From NCBI GenBank assembly GCA_047495785.1, contig JBLDXI010000061.1:62001-126000 (forward strand): 64,000 bases of DNA. The letters are read 5' to 3'. Below, in pieces: positions 61,154-64,000 of this stretch (position 1 is the stretch's first letter; every line of letters begins with the position of its first letter). The notes below the pieces were generated by a model. That model searched no databases. It was not told the origin of the DNA and worked only from the letters and a program-made list of their open reading frames with translations. A program made the position numbers and the translations under genes. The DNA is from Lepidodermella squamata (Eukaryota > Animalia > Gastrotricha).

Positions 61154-62825
61154 CTACCTTTTTGAGTGTTTAGGACCAACTTTTTTCAATGATTGCAAGA
61201 GTGCATCTTGCTTCTCCTTTTCGAGTCTCGCCCGAATAATGCCACGCTGCCACTCGACCATCTCCCGATCAGTCAGCTCTTTCGCCAGCAGTTTCAACTG
61301 CGGAAGTGGGTACCCTAACGCAGCGAAATCGTCCCTGAACTTGTCGACGATCTGCTTTGAAAACGCAGCCGGCATGCGAGATAGAAAATCTTCATAGCTG
61401 ACCATCCGCCGCTTTGTTATATTCTCCTCGAGCTCTTTCAAAGATTCTGTCACGACAGTCCCAACAGGTATTTCGATATCTTCAAGAGGCAGCTTGTTGA
61501 AATTCGATTCAACCAGCAAATCACTCGATCGAGCCTTCAACTTCCAAGCCACGTAATCCAGCTCTTTCTTGATATTCTCAGCTCTGACTATGTAGTCGTA
61601 ATCAGCAGAGCATAACGAGCACAAATCCGTCTCGCTTGGGTACATTTTCGGCCGGATAATCATTAGGTAGAAGAATCGAGTGAAATTCGCCCTCAAATCG
61701 TAGATATTAGCCGTTTTAGCATGAACTGCCGGTTCTATAGTCGATCTCCATAGGGTGAAGTATCGTTGTAGAGGTTCAGTTACAACAGCGACTTTGCGGT
61801 AGGTTTTGAGCTTCGAATAAATGTCAGATCTAGTATAGGTTACCAGAGGCCGTGATGCGAATCCTTCAACAACCGGAGGATTTTGTGGAAAATTCGAATT
61901 GGCAGTGGTTGATTTTGACTTCAAAGCAGCTAGTAGGGGCGAATTCTCGCCGTACTCTGAAAGGATTCGCTCGCGTTCATCTCGTTCTTCCTTTCGAAGA
62001 CGTTTTGTTTCGACGTCTTGATTCTGCTTAATCGCAAAATACTGAAGAGGCTCGTTGAATTGGGCTGAATACACACCAGGAACGCTGGAAAACAAACGAA
62101 AGAGAAGCATTAAAAATAGCCAATCCAATTCGCAGTTCCCCCATACCAAGGGCAAAGGTGGAAAACCCCAAAACACCACAGGGGGGAATCTTTGGTCATA
62201 ATATTTTGGCCCAAAAATACCCCCTTGTTCGGATCCTACATAGCGCCCTTACTCTGAGGCTTTTACTTAAATTCCAAAAATAAAGAGAAAAATGGTCCAG
62301 CGTGTAGGGCTTTATAATTTACCTGCATAAGAGCAAGTTGTTCGTATCATCACTGTAGGCCATCGAAACAAGATTCTTCATGAAAGCTGAATCAAAAATC
62401 TTCGGCAGGAGTTTCAGATAACCAGCTCTTGAATTTGCATTCGAAGTACTACAATGCTTCTCCAGCGCCGTTTTACGCGCCGCTAGTTCCTTTTCAATCT
62501 TCGCCGCCTCATCTGGATGGCCGTCGAAGTAGCTTGGAGGTAGTGTGGTCAGATTTTGCGGCCGCTGATTCGCCTTTTGAGACTTGTATTCGGCTTGTAA
62601 TTTCAGAAATTTCCTAACAGCACCAGCGTAAGAATTTTCGTCCACTTCCGACTTGTCATCGCTCGGCTCGATTTGTTTAGTTTTCACGACCTTTATCGAT
62701 TCTTCATGAGTTTCGCGAGATTCATGTCTTAATTGAGCTAGGGTGTATAAGATTTGAAAGCAGGCTAAGCAACTGATTAGAATGAGCAGTTTTCGCTTGC
62801 AAGACTGTGAGAATGTAGTTTTCAT
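61154..62825 (-). CDS. Type II membrane carbohydrate-sulfotransferase-like protein (Sulfotransfer_2/CHST-like), degenerate motifs
   Basis: N-terminal TM and stem, intron 62322-62085, then LLLCSVPGVYS, KVAVVTEPLQRY, LCSLCSADYDYIVRAE and FRDDFAALGY. Confidence 0.65.
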
Positions 62826-63263
62826 TGTCGCGGCTGATCTCGTATAGTTAGGTAAGCACAATGCAAGGGGGCGTCTTACGCGTGTTATCTGCTAATTAAT
62901 AATTTACGTACTACGCCATGAAGAACCTTTGTATTTACGCTTCATAGACAATATACAAAAAAAATCGAATTTTAGGCAAGAAGCACCAGATGTCAATAGG
63001 GCAGGACTTTACTGTAAAGAAAGGCTCAAAAATCAGCCCAATAAATAACCCGAAATTTATAGAAATTCAAAAGAAAAATAAAGAATAATTAGCTAATTAA
63101 ATAACTAATATGTTCGTGATGAGCTTGCTTCCTCATCTCGAAGCCAAGTTGGGTACTCAAAGTTAAGTACTTGTTTACATTCAAGTAGCTGCTTCTCAAG
63201 TACTAACACTAAAAGACGCATTAATAGACTTTATTCATTACTCCTTAATAATTATTCATAAAA

Positions 63264-64000
63264 ATGCTTCCTCAGGCTTCTTACGATAATAAAACTGGCA
63301 AGCTACGATTTTCAGACACAAGTGACACGGCTTCGAGTTCTACCTCGAATTCCGTGATTCCCACGCAGTTTTATTCTGGATTTCATGGAACTCCGTATAC
63401 TGTACCAGTGCCGCATCTAATTTCCTCAAATTTCTGGCCTTTGAGGGATGCTGATCTGCAAGTAATTCCATCCAAGTCAAAATTCAGGCCAGTTTCTCCG
63501 GATTTGAAGACTTCAATCAAGCCATCGCCTTACAGCTACTTCAAATCAAATATCAAAAGCTGGTGGGGCCTTGTTTTCCTCGCTAAATTGGTAAGTCAAA
63601 AGCTGTTATTTCGATTCTTTCAAAGTTTTAAAGACTATCGAGGTGATGATGGGTGGAATCTACATCAAACTCATCAGTATTGACTCAAGTTGGACCTACC
63701 TACTCGTTTTTTGGCTGCCCCCTCTTATCGTGATAGTCGGATGCTTCATCATCACCTTATCTCAATTTTTCCGGGATCTCGAAAGCGGGAAACCGAAAAA
63801 GCGGCTCATTTATGAGGTAGAGCTAGGCTCATTGCGTGGGATTTATCGTGAATTATCATTTCTTCACAGTTTTTGGCAATGGCCTTGGTGTCTGTCTTAG
63901 CTGGGGCAGCAAATATCGCGTTGAATAACCAGGGCGTGTATGACTATGTTTATTTCGACTCATTTCCTAATGGAACGGCAATTGCTGGAGGGGTAATTTG
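63264..64000 (+). CDS. Partial gene for an unknown membrane protein running off the window
   Basis: ORF from ATG 63264, donor-like gtaagt at about 63591, and hydrophobic exon segments (WTYLLVFWLPPLIVIVGCFII). Confidence 0.4.

Noticed and set aside
63980-64000. gctggagggg as the piggyBac right TIR
   Set aside because: Only a short partial match, no TTAA, and it lies in probable coding sequence.

Overview
Eukaryotic (invertebrate animal-like) genomic DNA with very short spliceosomal introns (about 50-60 nt) and many nested transposons. The left two thirds hold a tandemly duplicated cassette. It comprises a Ser/Thr kinase fused to an intron-free array of near-identical 102-nt ankyrin repeats, a decayed EGF-gene remnant and secreted EGF-repeat/double C-type-lectin genes (three paralogues with 5, 5 and about 13 EGF exons). 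Kinase copy A (125-3058) is broken and truncated; copy B (24349-28573) looks intact. Between the copies lie a CMC/EnSpm transposase remnant, a GC-rich LINE, a pogo-type transposase with a UIM+OTU-like tail, and many MITEs. The right third has a GABA-B-like class C GPCR and a Cys-loop receptor, each interrupted in coding sequence by a hAT MITE with an 8-bp TSD. It also has an orphan two-exon gene, an M14 carboxypeptidase plus a decayed paralogue, an intron-containing piggyBac with a nested element, an intronless cupin-like ORF, a metallophosphoesterase and a degenerate sulfotransferase. The best candidate for an undescribed system is the kinase-ankyrin family, whose repeats keep a constant framework and vary at DARPin-type binding positions. 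The organism cannot be identified from sequence alone, and all family calls are motif-based with no database searches.
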